The notes under the pieces were generated by a model. The model did not search any database, had not been told where the DNA came from, and saw nothing but the letters and a program-made list of their open reading frames with translations. This document shows, one piece after another, positions 1 through 12,648 of a stretch of 64,000 bases of DNA. Numbering within the stretch: position 1 is the first letter of the stretch; the number at the start of each line of letters is the position of its first letter. Source of the stretch: the human T2T-CHM13v2.0 reference genome, Homo sapiens; the NCBI RefSeq assembly GCF_009914755.1, contig NC_060926.1; one strand, given 5' to 3'. Position numbers and translations under genes: made by a program.

Positions 1-258
1 TTGGCTTGTTATCTGCAGCAGGAGCATGTCCTTAAGGCACAGATTGCTCCTGCTATTGCTTGTGGTTTCAGAACGCCTTTAAGTGGTTTTCCTTGCTGGG
101 TGGGCCAGGTGTTCCTTGCCCTCATTCCGGTAAACCCACAACCTTCCAGCGTGGGTGTCATGGCCATCATGAACATGTCACAGTGCTGCAGAGATTTTAT
201 TTATGGCCAGTTTTGGGGCCAGTTTATGGCCAGATTTTGGGGGGGCCTGTTCCCAACA
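1..258 (-). mobile_element. MER9 LTR (HERV-K HML-3 / HERVK9), 5' part, cut by window edge
   Basis: Reverse complement starts TGTTGGGAACAGGCCCCCC..AAAATCTGGCCATAAACTGGCCCCAAAACTGGCCATAAA; closely similar to the copy at 24356-24867. Confidence 0.9.
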
Positions 259-445
259 ATGTGATGCCTCAAGCTTTGTTTTTTGGTGAGAATTGCTTTG
301 GCTAACAGGGTTCTTTTTTGCTTTCATGTAAATTTTATGATTGTTTTCACTAATTTTGTGAAAAAATAACATTAGTATTTTGATAGGAGTTACATTAAAA
401 CTGTAGATTGCTTTGGGCTGTATGGTCCTTTTAATGATATTGATA
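259..445 (-). mobile_element. Old L1 ORF2 fragment (host of the MER9 LTR)
   Basis: gtgatgcctcaagctttgtt...gtagattgctttggg...atggtccttttaatgatattga resembles antisense L1 ORF2. Confidence 0.7.
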
Positions 446-810
446 TCAATACTATCTACAGTTTTGTGCAGTAATTATCTTCTCAAAATTTGTGGCTAGC
501 CTTTTCACTATATAAATATTTTTAATTTTATAATAATCACATTTTAAAATAATATCCTTAATGATTTTATCTTTCTTGTTTTGTTTTAAAAATACATTCA
601 TACACTGAGGTCATAAGCATAGACCTTTATGCCTTCTGAAAATTTTAAAGGATTGTATTATTGCATCTAATACACACAAAGTTTTACTATAAAATCCAGT
701 TTGAATAAAAATATGCGTTTCTTTTCTCCAGAAGGAAATAATGTCCTAGGTTAATTAATTTAAGAATGTATATATTCCCCAATGATTTGCTTTGGTAGCT
801 CTCTCATAAG

Positions 811-880
811 TCATATATATATGTCTATATATATGTCATATATGTATATGTCTATATATGTCATATATGTCAAATATATA
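811..880. repeat. Degenerate (TATATGTC/ATATGT)n simple repeat
   Basis: Repeated atatatgtc units seen directly. Confidence 0.8.
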
Positions 881-2299
881 TCTATTCATGCATTTATCTT
901 ATCTTTCTTTTCCACATCTCTACTTACATACCCATGTGTTAATACTATCAAAATTATAATTTATTCTACTTACAGTGATTCTGAATTATAAAATATCTGA
1001 AAATAAGTCTTATTCTCTAACTCAATTATAAGCTCAAGGAAGACAAACACTACATATAAATTACAGTATTTATAATTAACAAAATGAGATAACTTTAAAG
1101 AACAAAGAGATAAGAAAAGAAAATGAAGAAAGAAATAAAGAAAGAAGGAAAGGAGAGAAGTAGTTAGAAATAGAGAAAATTTTACTTTTTTCTCATTTCA
1201 GCATTTTTCAAAGAAATGGAAAATTAAAAGCCAAGAAAAGTAACAACAGGGAATTTTATCCCCCAAGATGATAATCATCTCTAAATGAAGGTAAACTATT
1301 ATGTATTCTGTTGCATACTTAGTATAATTATTTGAATGGGATAAATAATTCAATTTGCTTTGGAAATACACAAATATGTCTCTACCACTTTCTAGTTGTG
1401 CAAAATAAGCAATGTATTTAACTTCTATGTTACTCAACTTTGTCTTCTATTAAAGGGATTCATATCAGCCTTATATGAAAGTTAAGAAGATTTATGAAGA
1501 TAATGAGTGCAAAGTACTTAACACAATGTTTGGTATGGTTTACTCAATAAATATAGTATTGTAATTACAAAATCAGTTACTTAGAATTATGAAAGTATGA
1601 ATATAAAATAAAGATGGGGATATTTAATAGGTACTATTTTTACCATTTAAACAAAAATGACGGCAGTAAAATAAATTACTTTTTGTTGTAATATGTGTGC
1701 TGGTAGTGTAAGGCATTAAAAAAAGACATGGTGCATGTGTAAAAAAATCTACAGTAAGGATTTCCTTCTACAATTACATATTTCTTAAGCAAATATAAAT
1801 TGACTCTGGCTCATTTATGCTGGGATACCAAGAACAATTTAAAATAATGAAATAAGTAGGTGAGCTTCAACATACAACAGAGCTGCATCAATACTCTAAT
1901 CAGCTCTTTTCAAAGAAATAGCACCTAGAAAACATTTTTGCTTATCAGAAATAATGGTGTGGTATTGCATACGTGGTGGTCCAAAGAATGATATTTTTTC
2001 TCTTTGGTATGAAGAAGTATTTTTACCCACTTCGTGCCACTTGTGATAAACAGAGGTGCATGTAAAAAAAATGAATTTTTTGCAATGTAATTGCTTTGGA
2101 TTACTTTTATGATCAGTTTTTCTTTGGTTCCTCTCTTAGCTTAAGAAAGTTTTATAAAGCTATTATTGAAATGTATTTAATTTCAGTTTATATTACTTTT
2201 ATCTACTCTGTTACTTTCTAATATTTTGCTATCAAGTTGAATTATTACTTTAAAATATTCTAGTTCTTTTCTGTAATCCAAAGAATAATTTCTTCACTA

Positions 2300-4602
2300 G
2301 ATAATTGCTAGGGCTAAAGTATTATCAAAAAGAGACCTTGGAAAGTTTAGCAACATTGTATGATCCATCCTTAGTTTTACCAAACAATTTAGCAATTTTA
2401 GTCTTATCTATTAAGCAAACTGATTTTAAAATTTATTTCAACACAAACATCTTCACACTGGCCAGGCATGGTGGCTTATTCCTGTAATCCCATCACTTGG
2501 TTAGGCTGAGGTGGGATAATCACTGGAAGCCAGGAGTTTGAGGCTAGTCTGGGCAACATAGAGAGATCCCCATCTCTACAAAAAAAAAAAAAAAAAAAAA
2601 ATTAGCTGGGTGTGGTTGTGTGCACCTGTAGTCTCAGCTACTGGGGAGGCTGAGTTGAGGGGATCGCTTGAGCCCAGGAGGTCAAGGCTGTAGTGAGCCA
2701 TGATCATGGCCACTACAACCTGGACAACAGAGTGAGGCCTGTCTCAAAAAAAAAATCTGCACACAAATATTTTATAGCTGCTTTATTTATAATTACCTAA
2801 GCGTGGAACAAACAATATGTCCTTCAGTATGTGAATGGAAAGACAAGCCTCAGTACATTTATATATAGGAATATTAAATATTATTCAGCAATAAAAAGAA
2901 TAAACTGTTAGCTCACATAATAACTTGGGTGAATCTTATATGCATTGCTAAGTTAAAGAAAACAGTCTGAAAGGCCTATATACTGAATCATTCTATTTGT
3001 ATGACATTCTGGAAAGAAAAACTAGGGAGACAAAAACAGATCAATGGTTTCAAGTGGTTAATAAAGAGAGTGGGCATGAAATACATGAAGCACAGTTTTT
3101 TTTTATGTAGGTGAAACTATTCTGTGTGACAGTGTAGTGATACATATATGACACTGCATTTGTCAATATCCAAAGAGCCTTTCAATACACAGGAGGAACC
3201 ATAATGTATACAAATGTATAGAATCAATGAGGAAATTAATGCACCACAGGAAGGAATGTAGACATCAATAAAATATGTAATGAATTATAAATGTTTGAAA
3301 TAATCTCACTGAATAGAATGCAGGAGTGGGTTCTGAAAAAACTAGAGAGTAGAAGACTAAAGATCAAAAGAACTGTACATAAACACTCTACTCTAGTTGA
3401 AAAAGTTGTTTCCCATCATCAGGGTATGAGTTAACAGTTCTGAAACCATTATACATGTAAAATGAAAATGAACAAAAGACTAAATGTATAGAGGATTGTG
3501 GGAGCCATGTTTCTCATTGTTGAAGTTGGAGGTTATAAATAAGCAAGGGGGAAGATTAGAATAAACCATAGGGTACCAAATTAGGACAGATAAATCAATA
3601 AGTTAGCTCTCTCTCTCTTTCTCTTTCTCTCTTTGCGTCTATATCTATATACATATATTATATGTAGTATAGAAATAATAATAGATATTGGTGTGTCTAT
3701 GTGTGTAGATAGATGGATAGATAGATAGATTGTATACACATGTATCTCCTAGTTCTGTTAACTGAGAAGACTTAAAAGCAATGAAATCTCCATAGAAACA
3801 GGGACATACAATACCCAAATCCTGGTTTCTAATGCCACTTTTCAATGAAAGAAGTCAGGACTCATTGGATAAATGGCTAATTCTACTGTTAAGGCAGGAT
3901 GTAAAAAGATGAGCTGTAGTAACAGAGACTAAGGAGATGCTGAAAAAAAAAGCAGTTGAAGATATGTCACCCTTGAGGAAGTAAATCACAATTATCCACT
4001 CTTAAGGATAGGTGGCAAATAGTTATTTTCTTTGTGAGAGTTTAGCATGGAAAAAAAAGAAAAGAGTAACTTTAGGTGGAGAAACCTTACAAATGTTACC
4101 TCAAGTGATTAAGGTTACACAATAATAAGTCATGCTGATAATATATACCCTTGATGTGACGTGATGAGAATGGCACTTTACTCATAAATCCATAACCCAA
4201 GTCTAATCATGAGACAGTATGAGACAATCTAAACTGATGTATACTCTATAAAATAGCAAACCAGTATTCTTCAAGACTATCAGGGACACCAAGAATAAGG
4301 TCTGAAAAACTATCACAGTGTAGTGGAGCTTAGTAGACATGACAACTAAATATAATGTGGTATTCTGAATGGGGTCCTGGGACAGACAATGGTTATCAGG
4401 TAAAAACCAACATCTTTACTTAGTAATGACATGCAAATATCAGCTTGTTGGTTATGACAAAGGTACCATACCAATGAGAAATGTTATTAATAGGGCAAAT
4501 TGGATGTAGGATATACAAGATACCCCAAAGATAGACATATTACATTTTCATATTTCTGTTAATCTAAAAGTATTCTAAAATAAAAAAGTTTATTTTAAAA
4601 AA
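2300..4602 (+). mobile_element. Old L1 (L1MC/L1MD class) ORF2 end and 3' UTR, interrupted by an AluJ
   Basis: ctgcacacaaatatttatagctgctttatttataatt, gacatgacaactaaatataatgtggtattctgaatggggtcctgg, ends aaataaaaaagtttattttaaaaaa. Confidence 0.75.
2460..2755 (+). mobile_element. AluJ
   Basis: Dimeric Alu with the J-type ggatcgcttgagcccaggaggtcaaggctg motif; middle A-tract expanded to about 20 A. Confidence 0.9.
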
Positions 4603-6595
4603 GCCTCTGTGGATGAAGTAAGAAAAGCTAAATGGCTATGAAAGATGAATTATTTCCCTTATATGGCACCAAAATGTAATTCTGCTCCAGAATACAAAAA
4701 ATATGTATTTGTGATAACTGGTTGAATTTTATTAAAAAAAAAACACATCAAAATTGTTTCAAAAATTCATAGTCTTAAGTTTTACTAACCCGTATACTTA
4801 GGGAGCTTATTTTGTTTCAGTTAAACTATAGAAGAAATATTAAAGTATTGGTTTTGTTTAAGCATTAAACATTTATTATTTGAAAATCTCTAAGAGTAAA
4901 TAAACATTTGCTACAGGGTGTTTTCTGTTTACTGTACGGGCATTTTTAGATTAAATTGAGTGAACAAATTAATTTAAAACATCTTACCTGTTATAAAATT
5001 TACTGAAAAGTCTTATTATATATCTCTGCAATAATAGTGATTCCTCTACAGTTTAAAATATGATTAAAGTAACAGGAAAGTTGACATCAACAGCGAAGTG
5101 AGATTAATTGATATTGAATGCAAAATGATTATTGAAGGCTTCAAAGTGCATTGATCTGGAAGCCTTTACTATTATAACCTTCTGCTTTACTAATAAGTTA
5201 CAAGTGCACTAGACAGAATAAGCAAAAATCAATTTAATAATTCAAAATGAGTCGAATATTCTAACCACAGTCCTCATAGTTACATTAATTGATTTTTTTT
5301 AATGGCAAAAATGCAAGCTTAAAGCATTAACCCAAAAGGATCTGAGGTCATTTCCAAGTCAATGTGAGAAATGATTTCAGGTTTATCAGTACTTAGATTT
5401 GCAAATTGAGAGTATTGTTATGGCAAATAAAAAATGCTAATGCTGATCATATCTCATCTACATTTTTCAGTATTTATTTAGTGCATAATTGTTTTTAATT
5501 CTTCTTTTTCCTAATGGAGCAGTGACTCCTCATAATCCATAGAGTGATTCTTCAACTGTAATTCAAAGACCTTTGTTGGTTCATGGAACTGTTCTCAGAG
5601 GTTCAAGAATGAACAAAATTGTATTTTAACTTTACATTTGAAAAAAAATTATATAATCTCCTCTCACACTTTATAACTAAATAATGCCTCATAATTATCA
5701 TGTCTAATTGCCCAAGTTTACATTCGTGTTTAAAAACATATTGTCACCTAGTAGTATTTTTTAATTGGCAATGACTTTGAAAAATAAACAGGTATGAATT
5801 TAAATACATGAATGCCACATAGAACAAGTTATTACATTAGACTAAATAGAAGCTAGTTTGACTAATACATAAGGAAAAGTGATACGGTAATTGAGGTATA
5901 ATTACAAAATACAAAAATCTAGGCATACCACAGGTAAAATAACTACATAAACAACTGGGCATTCATATTGCAATGAAATATGTCATAGAGATATTTTTGT
6001 AAATATCAATTTGTGTTTATTAATTCAGTGACAAAATCTCCAAAAAATTTTCTCACAATTATTTATTTAACATATGATCTTTGGAATTGGCCATTAAAAC
6101 AATGGTTTAGTTGTTAATAATTTCATCAGTGATAATAATAATATGTCTAGTAATAATTAAGTTGATAGCAATAAGACAGACATATACATTTCTATTTTTA
6201 ATCCAATGTCTATGACTTAGTTTCTATAAGTCAACATCCACTATTATATTAAATCTATGTTACCAAATCCCATTTCATTTGAAACATTTTTGTGTTTAAT
6301 TGATGATATATGTTTAGTCAATAGTTACATAAGAACGATGTGTAAAAAATTTGAATAAACTTAAGTGTGTATATATTTATGCAAAATTATCATACAGCAT
6401 TATGGTAACATTAGAAAGTTTATGAGAAATACCTGACTATCTGTGGTTTCCTGCATAAAATATACCAGAGTTTCAAAATATGACATGTGGCCTATAATGG
6501 CCCTTGATCAGAAAATTAATAGAATGGAATATATGATATTACAGTGATTTACATGTAGAAAGAGTAAGTATTTTTTGAAAAAGTTTCAATTTTGT

Positions 6596-7090
6596 GCATG
6601 ACTGCCAACAAATTATAGTCCAGACTTATGCCACCCAAGATGATCTCTTAGAAGTCCCCTTAGCTAATCCTGACCTTAACCTATATACTGATGGAAGTTC
6701 ATTTGTGGAGAATGGGATACGAAGGGCAGGTTATACCATAGTTAGTTATGTAACCACATTTGAAAGTAAGCCTCTTCCCCCAGGGACTAGCGCCCAGTTA
6801 GCAGAACTAGTGGCACTTACCTGAGCCTTAGAACTGGGAAAGGGAAGAAGAATAAATCTGTATACACATAGCAAGTATGCTTATCTAATCCTACACGCCC
6901 ATGCTGCAATATGGAAAGAAAGGGAGTTCCTAACCTCTGGGGGAACTCCCATTAAATATCACAAGGAAACCATGGAGTTATTGCACGCAGTGCAAAAACC
7001 CAAGAAGGTGGCAGTCTTACACTGCCGAAGCCATCAAAAGGGGAAGGAGAGGGGAGAACAGCAGCATAAGCAGCTGGCAGAGGCAGGAAA
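6596..7090 (+). pseudogene. pol: HERV9 pol RNase H remnant (in-frame stop near 6822)
   Basis: YTDGSS, SAQLAEL, KYAYLILHAHAAIWKER motifs. Confidence 0.85.
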
Positions 7091-7909
7091 AGACCAGCAG
7101 AAAGGAGATGGAAAGAGACAGAAAGAGAAAGAGAGAGAAGAGACAGAGACAAAGAGGGAGTCAGAGAGAGAGAAAGACACAGAAAGTCAAAGAGAGAGAG
7201 GAAGAGACAGACAAAGAGGGAGTCAGAAAGAGGGAAAGGGAGAGACAAAGAAGTCAAAGAGAAAGAAAGAGAGAAGTAGTAAAGAAAAAACAGTGTACCC
7301 TATTCCTTTAAAAGCCAGGGTAAATTTAAAACCTATAATTGATAATTGAAGGTCTTCTCTGTAACCCTATAACACTCCAATACCACCTTGTTGTCAGTGT
7401 AAACAAGGGCATAGCCCAAAAGCACTGAGGCCACTGACAACCCCTAGCCTTCCTATCAAAAATCCTTAACACAGCAGGTTTACTAACTGGGGATATAAAT
7501 CTTAATTAATTACGATACAAAGGTCCGACCAGACCTAGGAGGAACTCCCTTCAGCACAGGACAATAGATGATTCCTCCAGGGTGATTAAGGGAATAAGGC
7601 ACAATGGGTGTTCAGTAAGTGATAAGGGAACTCTTCTAGAAGCAGAGTTAGGGAAATTGCCTAATAATTGGTCTGCTCAAATGTGCGAGTTTTTTGCACT
7701 CAGCCAAACCTTAAAGTACTTACAGAATCAGGAAGGAGCTATCTATACCAATTCTAAGTTAATATGGACTGACCGAGCTTTTATTAATAGCAAAGAAAAA
7801 TTAAAATCCTAAACTTACAAGGTTTTCAACAAAAGTAAAATTTGCTAAAAGTTAACAGTGTAACATGCATTATCCTAATTTCTAATCTTATGGAAATCAG
7901 ACCCTATCT

Positions 7910-8617
7910 GTGCCCCTCAAAGCTCAAGTCCATCAGCACAGGGCCATACAACTAATACCCCTACTACTTATAGGGTTAGAAATGGCCACTGCTACAGGAA
8001 CCAGAATAGCAGGTTTATCTACTTCATTATCCTACTACCACACAGTCTTAAAGGATTTCTCAGACAGTTTGCAAGAAATAACAAAATCTATCCAGTAAGG
8101 ATAGTAACTACAATCCCAGATAGATTCTTTGGCAGCAGTGACTCTCCAAAACTGCCGAGGCCTAGACTTCCTTACTGCTGAGAAAGGAGGACTCTGCACC
8201 TTCTTAGGGGAAGAGTGTTTTCACACTAACCAGTCAGTTATAGTATGAGATGCTGCCTGGCGTTTACAGGAAAAGGCTTCTGAAATCAGACAACGCCTTT
8301 CAAACTCTTATACCAACCTCTGGAGTTGGGCAACATGACTTCTCTCTTTTCTAGGTACCACGGCAGCCATCTTGCTATTACTTGCCTTCGTGTCCTGTAT
8401 TTTTAACCTCCTTGTCAAGTTTGTTTCCTCTAGGATTGAGGCCATCAAGCTACAGATGGTCTTACAAATGGAACTCCAAATGAGCTCAACTAACAACTTC
8501 TACCGAGGACCCCTGGACCGACCTACTGGTCCTTTCACTGGCCTAAAAAGTTCTGCTCTGGAGGGCGCTACAACTGCAGGGCCTCTTCTTCACCCCTATC
8601 CAGCAGGAAGTAGCTAG
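7910..8617 (+). pseudogene. env: HERV9 env TM remnant (SU absent; frameshifts and stops)
   Basis: Fusion peptide, CKS17-like immunosuppressive domain, membrane span and cytoplasmic tail split over several frames. Confidence 0.85.
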
Positions 8618-8673
8618 AGCGGTCATTGCCCAATTCCTGACAGCAGTTGGGGTGTCCTGTTAAGAGTGGGGAT

Positions 8674-9244
8674 TGAGAGGTGAAGCCAGTTGGGCTTCTG
8701 GGTCGGGTGGCAACTTGGAGAACTTTTCTGTCTAGCTAAAGAATTGTAAACACACTAATCAGCGCTCTGTGTCTAGCTAAAGGTTTGTAAACACACCAAT
8801 CAGCATTCTGTAAATATGTACCAATCAGCGCTCTGTGTCTAGCTAAAGGTTTATAAACGCACCAATCAGCACTCTGTAAAATGGACCAATCAATAGGATG
8901 TGGGCAGGGCCAAATAACGGAATAAAAGCTGGCCACCTGAGCCAGCAGCGGCAACCCGCTCAGGTCCCTTTCCACACTGTGGAAGATTTGTTCTTTGTCT
9001 CTTCACAATAAATCTTGCTGCTGCTCACTCTTTGGGTCCACACTACCTTTATGAGCTATAACACTCACTGTGAAGGTCTGCAGCTTCACTCCTGAAGTCA
9101 GCAAGACCACAAACCCACCAGGAGGAAGAAACAACTCCTGACGTGCCACCTTTAAGAGCTGTAACACTCACTGCAAACGTCTGCAGCTTCATTCTTGAAG
9201 TCAGTGAGACCAAGAACCCACCGGAAGAATAAATTCTGGACACA
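8674..9244 (+). mobile_element. LTR12 (short form), 3' LTR of the HERV9 element
   Basis: TGAGAGGTGAAGCCAG start, repeated caccaatcagc..ctctgtgtctagctaaagg units, tandem U5 repeats, ends ..ctggaCACA. Confidence 0.92.
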
Positions 9245-9603
9245 ATATAACACACATACAACACACATATATATTTGAATTATCACCTATTATATTAATG
9301 ATTTCTATTTTGTGTCCATCTTTGAGAAATTGAAAGCTACTTGATGGAGATTTCATCTTACTCATCTTTGACACTAAAATGACTATTGTCTAACAAAATC
9401 TGTTAAATTGAATCAAACTACTCTAATAAAGCTGTTCAAATACAAACAGCTAAGGCAAATGAGAGAGTTTTAATTATGTGACTATTTGGACCCCACAAAT
9501 GTGTATTTTAGTCATGTTTATCCTTTATTATATAAACAAGGGTGGGATAATATACAAAAGTAATATCATAGTTTATTATAAAACTAGTATTTCTAATTAA
9601 TGC

Positions 9604-10425
9604 AGATATTAGTACAAGAACTGTGCTGCTGCTGTAATGAAAGCTAAACTATGGGACATTAACTTAGTGGTCATATGGAAGGCAATGAAGAATTATATAT
9701 TGAAGATTGGAAATAAGAAAAACTTATTTTGTAGTGTATCAAAACACAGGGAACAAACTGTTGACTACAATAACTTGAATTGCCTCTTGAATCTAGAACC
9801 TCAAGGAAGACGGCTAGAAGGATAATATTAGTATATGCTGGTTATTCCTTCATAAGAAAGAGGTGAATTCAGACAAATACTGATTTGTTTTCAAGGGGAA
9901 ATGAAGACGCATATAGAATGTTAGTTTCTGGGTGCATTGCGTAGAAGAGAATCAAGCTACTTCTTAATTTTAAAAGAAGTAGAAAATAAGATTAATCAGG
10001 GTTTAGGGCAATAAGGGCCATTGAAACTTCTGAGTTTAATACAAACAAACAAAAGAATTCATTTTTGTAATCTCTGAATAAAGGTTCTCTTATCCAAATG
10101 TATTTTTTAAATTAGCTGCTACTAAAATGTGAAAGAGTGTTTGAGTTGAACATAGAACAAAAATGAAGCAACCTTCTCGTTTGAGAGGATTATACATGGA
10201 AAAAAAAGACTTAAAATTTCTGTGAATGTGAAACAAGCTGTCAGAATGCAAGGAATAATGGGAACCTAGGACCCAGGGAGCTACAAAATAAGGAAGCCTG
10301 GGACTCAGAATCACCTCATAAAAGGACTGCTGAAAGACAGTCTTAGAATGCCATGTGAGCAAAAAAGAAATTTCTATAGTTTTTGAGCCATTTTATGTGT
10401 TTGGATTTATTTGTTACAATAGCCC
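9604..10425 (+). mobile_element. Degraded MLT1 internal region plus LTR end (MaLR)
   Basis: gatattagtacaagaactgtgctgctgctgtaa resembles MLT1-int start; ttttgagcca..tttatttgttacaatagc resembles MLT1 LTR end. Confidence 0.5.
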
Positions 10426-12059
10426 ATAATTAGTAGCAATACTCTGAGGAGAAAAAATAAAATCTCAAAAATGATTTACTTCAAAACTCTGAGTTCTAGC
10501 CCTGAAATTTACTTTATTATTTGGACAATCTAGATTATCTATTGGATTTCTTACTTGTATAAATACAAAAACAAACATAAACCACCTGTATAAACTAATG
10601 TCACAACACCTTCAGACACTAAATTGTAACTGTAGGGATAAAGTAAGGGTTGTTGAATAAGAATTTAGAACTCTCAGATAAACCCATATAGAAATGAATG
10701 ATTTTTTTAATATTGCCTAGTATTTAAAATAATCTCATTCTAGAAATCACAATTTTAGAATTTTTCTTTACTGCTCTATCACTAAAGTTCCCTTTTAATC
10801 AGGTTATTGTCTTGCTGACAAACATTGAACATGGTCCTATTTCTCAAACTTTTAAATCTCCTCCATAAATATCAAATCTATGCATACATAATTGCAGTAT
10901 TTGTTTTTACCATTATATATGTATGTATGTATATGTGTGTATATATACATATGTATTTACATTATCGTTAGTATGGTCAATCAATTATAATCAATTTGTT
11001 CCTATTGTATAATAAATCTATACTCATTTCTAAAACTCACTTACAGTGATTCCCTTACTTGGACATCGACCTGCTCCAATCTCCCCAGTGAAAATTCCAG
11101 AGAATCTTAAACTCTTACTTCCTTCATGAAGCTAATCCCATTTTCTCCGCAAGCCTGTAGAGAACTACATTCATCTTCACTGGTGAAAGTTATTATCTAA
11201 TAACTTAATCTTGAATATTAAGGTCTTTCAAGGAAAGGAGAATGTTTTGTTTCTGTAACTATGATTTCATAACTGTATAATATTTAATTGAGAAAGCAAT
11301 TTTGTTTTTCATATAATATTTAAAGAATAGAGAATGCAATTTTGTTGTTCAAAATTGCAATGATAATAGTTTTAGTATAGACATAAAAAAGCCACCAGGC
11401 AAGAGTGACACAAAACTTTGTTCCTCAAACAGTAAAAGGAACAACAAAAAAAGAGAGATGCATTTATTTGTTTGTCTTATTGTCACCCTTGTCAAATAAA
11501 AATAAGTGTTGACCTAGGTAAAGACAAGCGTTAATTGAAAATATTGTTGTAATGGAAAAGGGGTCATTGCAATAGGGGAGGGGTTACTGCTACAACAGAG
11601 AGAGTGCTTGTCTATAAGATCTGCAGGGATCTCAAATGTCAGGCAGAGAGGATTGTTCTTTCATAGACAGGGGTAAACATGCTGGAGAGAACTTGATACA
11701 TGGAAATATGATGAGCTGCTGGCATGCCTAGTTGACGAGGCAATACCTTTTCTTCAGGAAATTCTTGGGAAGAGAATCCTCAACTCAAGCTGTTGGTGAC
11801 TCAAAATTTAGGAGCCTTTGGGAAGGAAATAAATTTACCTAAAGTTATGTCAAGTGACATTAGTGGGTGTTTTGTTCAGACAGGGTAGTAGGTGCAAACA
11901 GTTCAGCTAATCATTTATGATGAAAAAATAGGAATTTAAAAAGTCTATTTCTGTAAACAAGGGAGGGGACATCTCTGATTCTTCTGGAAGTCATATAGAG
12001 AAAATTATTTGTTTTGCATGAAGCCAGTGCCAAGAATACAAAAGAGTGGGGAGAATTCT

Positions 12060-12405
12060 TTTTTCAAATAGATTTTATTGTGTATAATTGAGGTTTACAA
12101 CATGATGCCACAGAATACATATAGACAGTAAACTGGTTACTATAGTGAAACAAATTAACATATCTGTCATTTCCAATAGTTATCTTTTTATGACAAGAGC
12201 AGCTAAAGTCTACTTATTTAACAAAAATCTCTCATAAATTACGTTTTTACTGACCATGGTCTTCACATTGTACATTAGATCTCTAGACTTGTTCATCTTA
12301 TGTATCTGCTACTTTGCATCCTTTAACCTACATCTCCCCATTTCCTCCCCCATCTCCACCCATTCTTGGAGACCACTGTTTTATTTCATATACACACACA
12401 CACAA

Positions 12406-12450
<45 letters not shown>

Positions 12451-12648
12451 CTCCACATATAAGTGAGATCATGTAATATTATTCTTTTCGTGTCTGGCTT
12501 ATTTCACTTACATAATGTCTACTGAGTCCACTCAGGTTGTAGCAAATGGCAGAATTTCCCTTTCTAAAGCTGAATAACATTCCATTTTCTCTATCCATTA
12601 TTCCATCAATGGACACGTAAGTTGTTTCTATGTATTGGCTATTGTGAA
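12060..12648 (-). mobile_element. L1MA (about MA5-MA9) 3' end
   Basis: ttttattgtgtata..ggtttacaacatgatg..ggttactatagtgaaacaaattaacatatc..tggcttatttcactta. Confidence 0.85.
12407..12450. repeat. (TAGA)n tetranucleotide microsatellite, about 11 units
   Basis: Direct reading. Confidence 0.95.

Larger units (their letters stand above)
6596..8673 (+). mobile_element. HERV9 internal region, 5'-truncated and mosaic (RNase H, foreign pol pieces, env TM remnant)
   Basis: Translations LYTDGSSFVENG..TSAQLAELVALT and LHCRSHQKG; env [44 protein letters not shown]; PPT aagagtggggat before the LTR. Confidence 0.9.

Noticed and set aside
5125-5180. Hairpin containing aaagtgc (miR-17-like seed) as a miRNA
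   Set aside because: Only an 8-bp perfect stem, and the motif lies in the loop rather than an arm.
7910-8617. Possible syncytin-like env
   Set aside because: SU and signal peptide are absent and TM has several frameshifts and stops.
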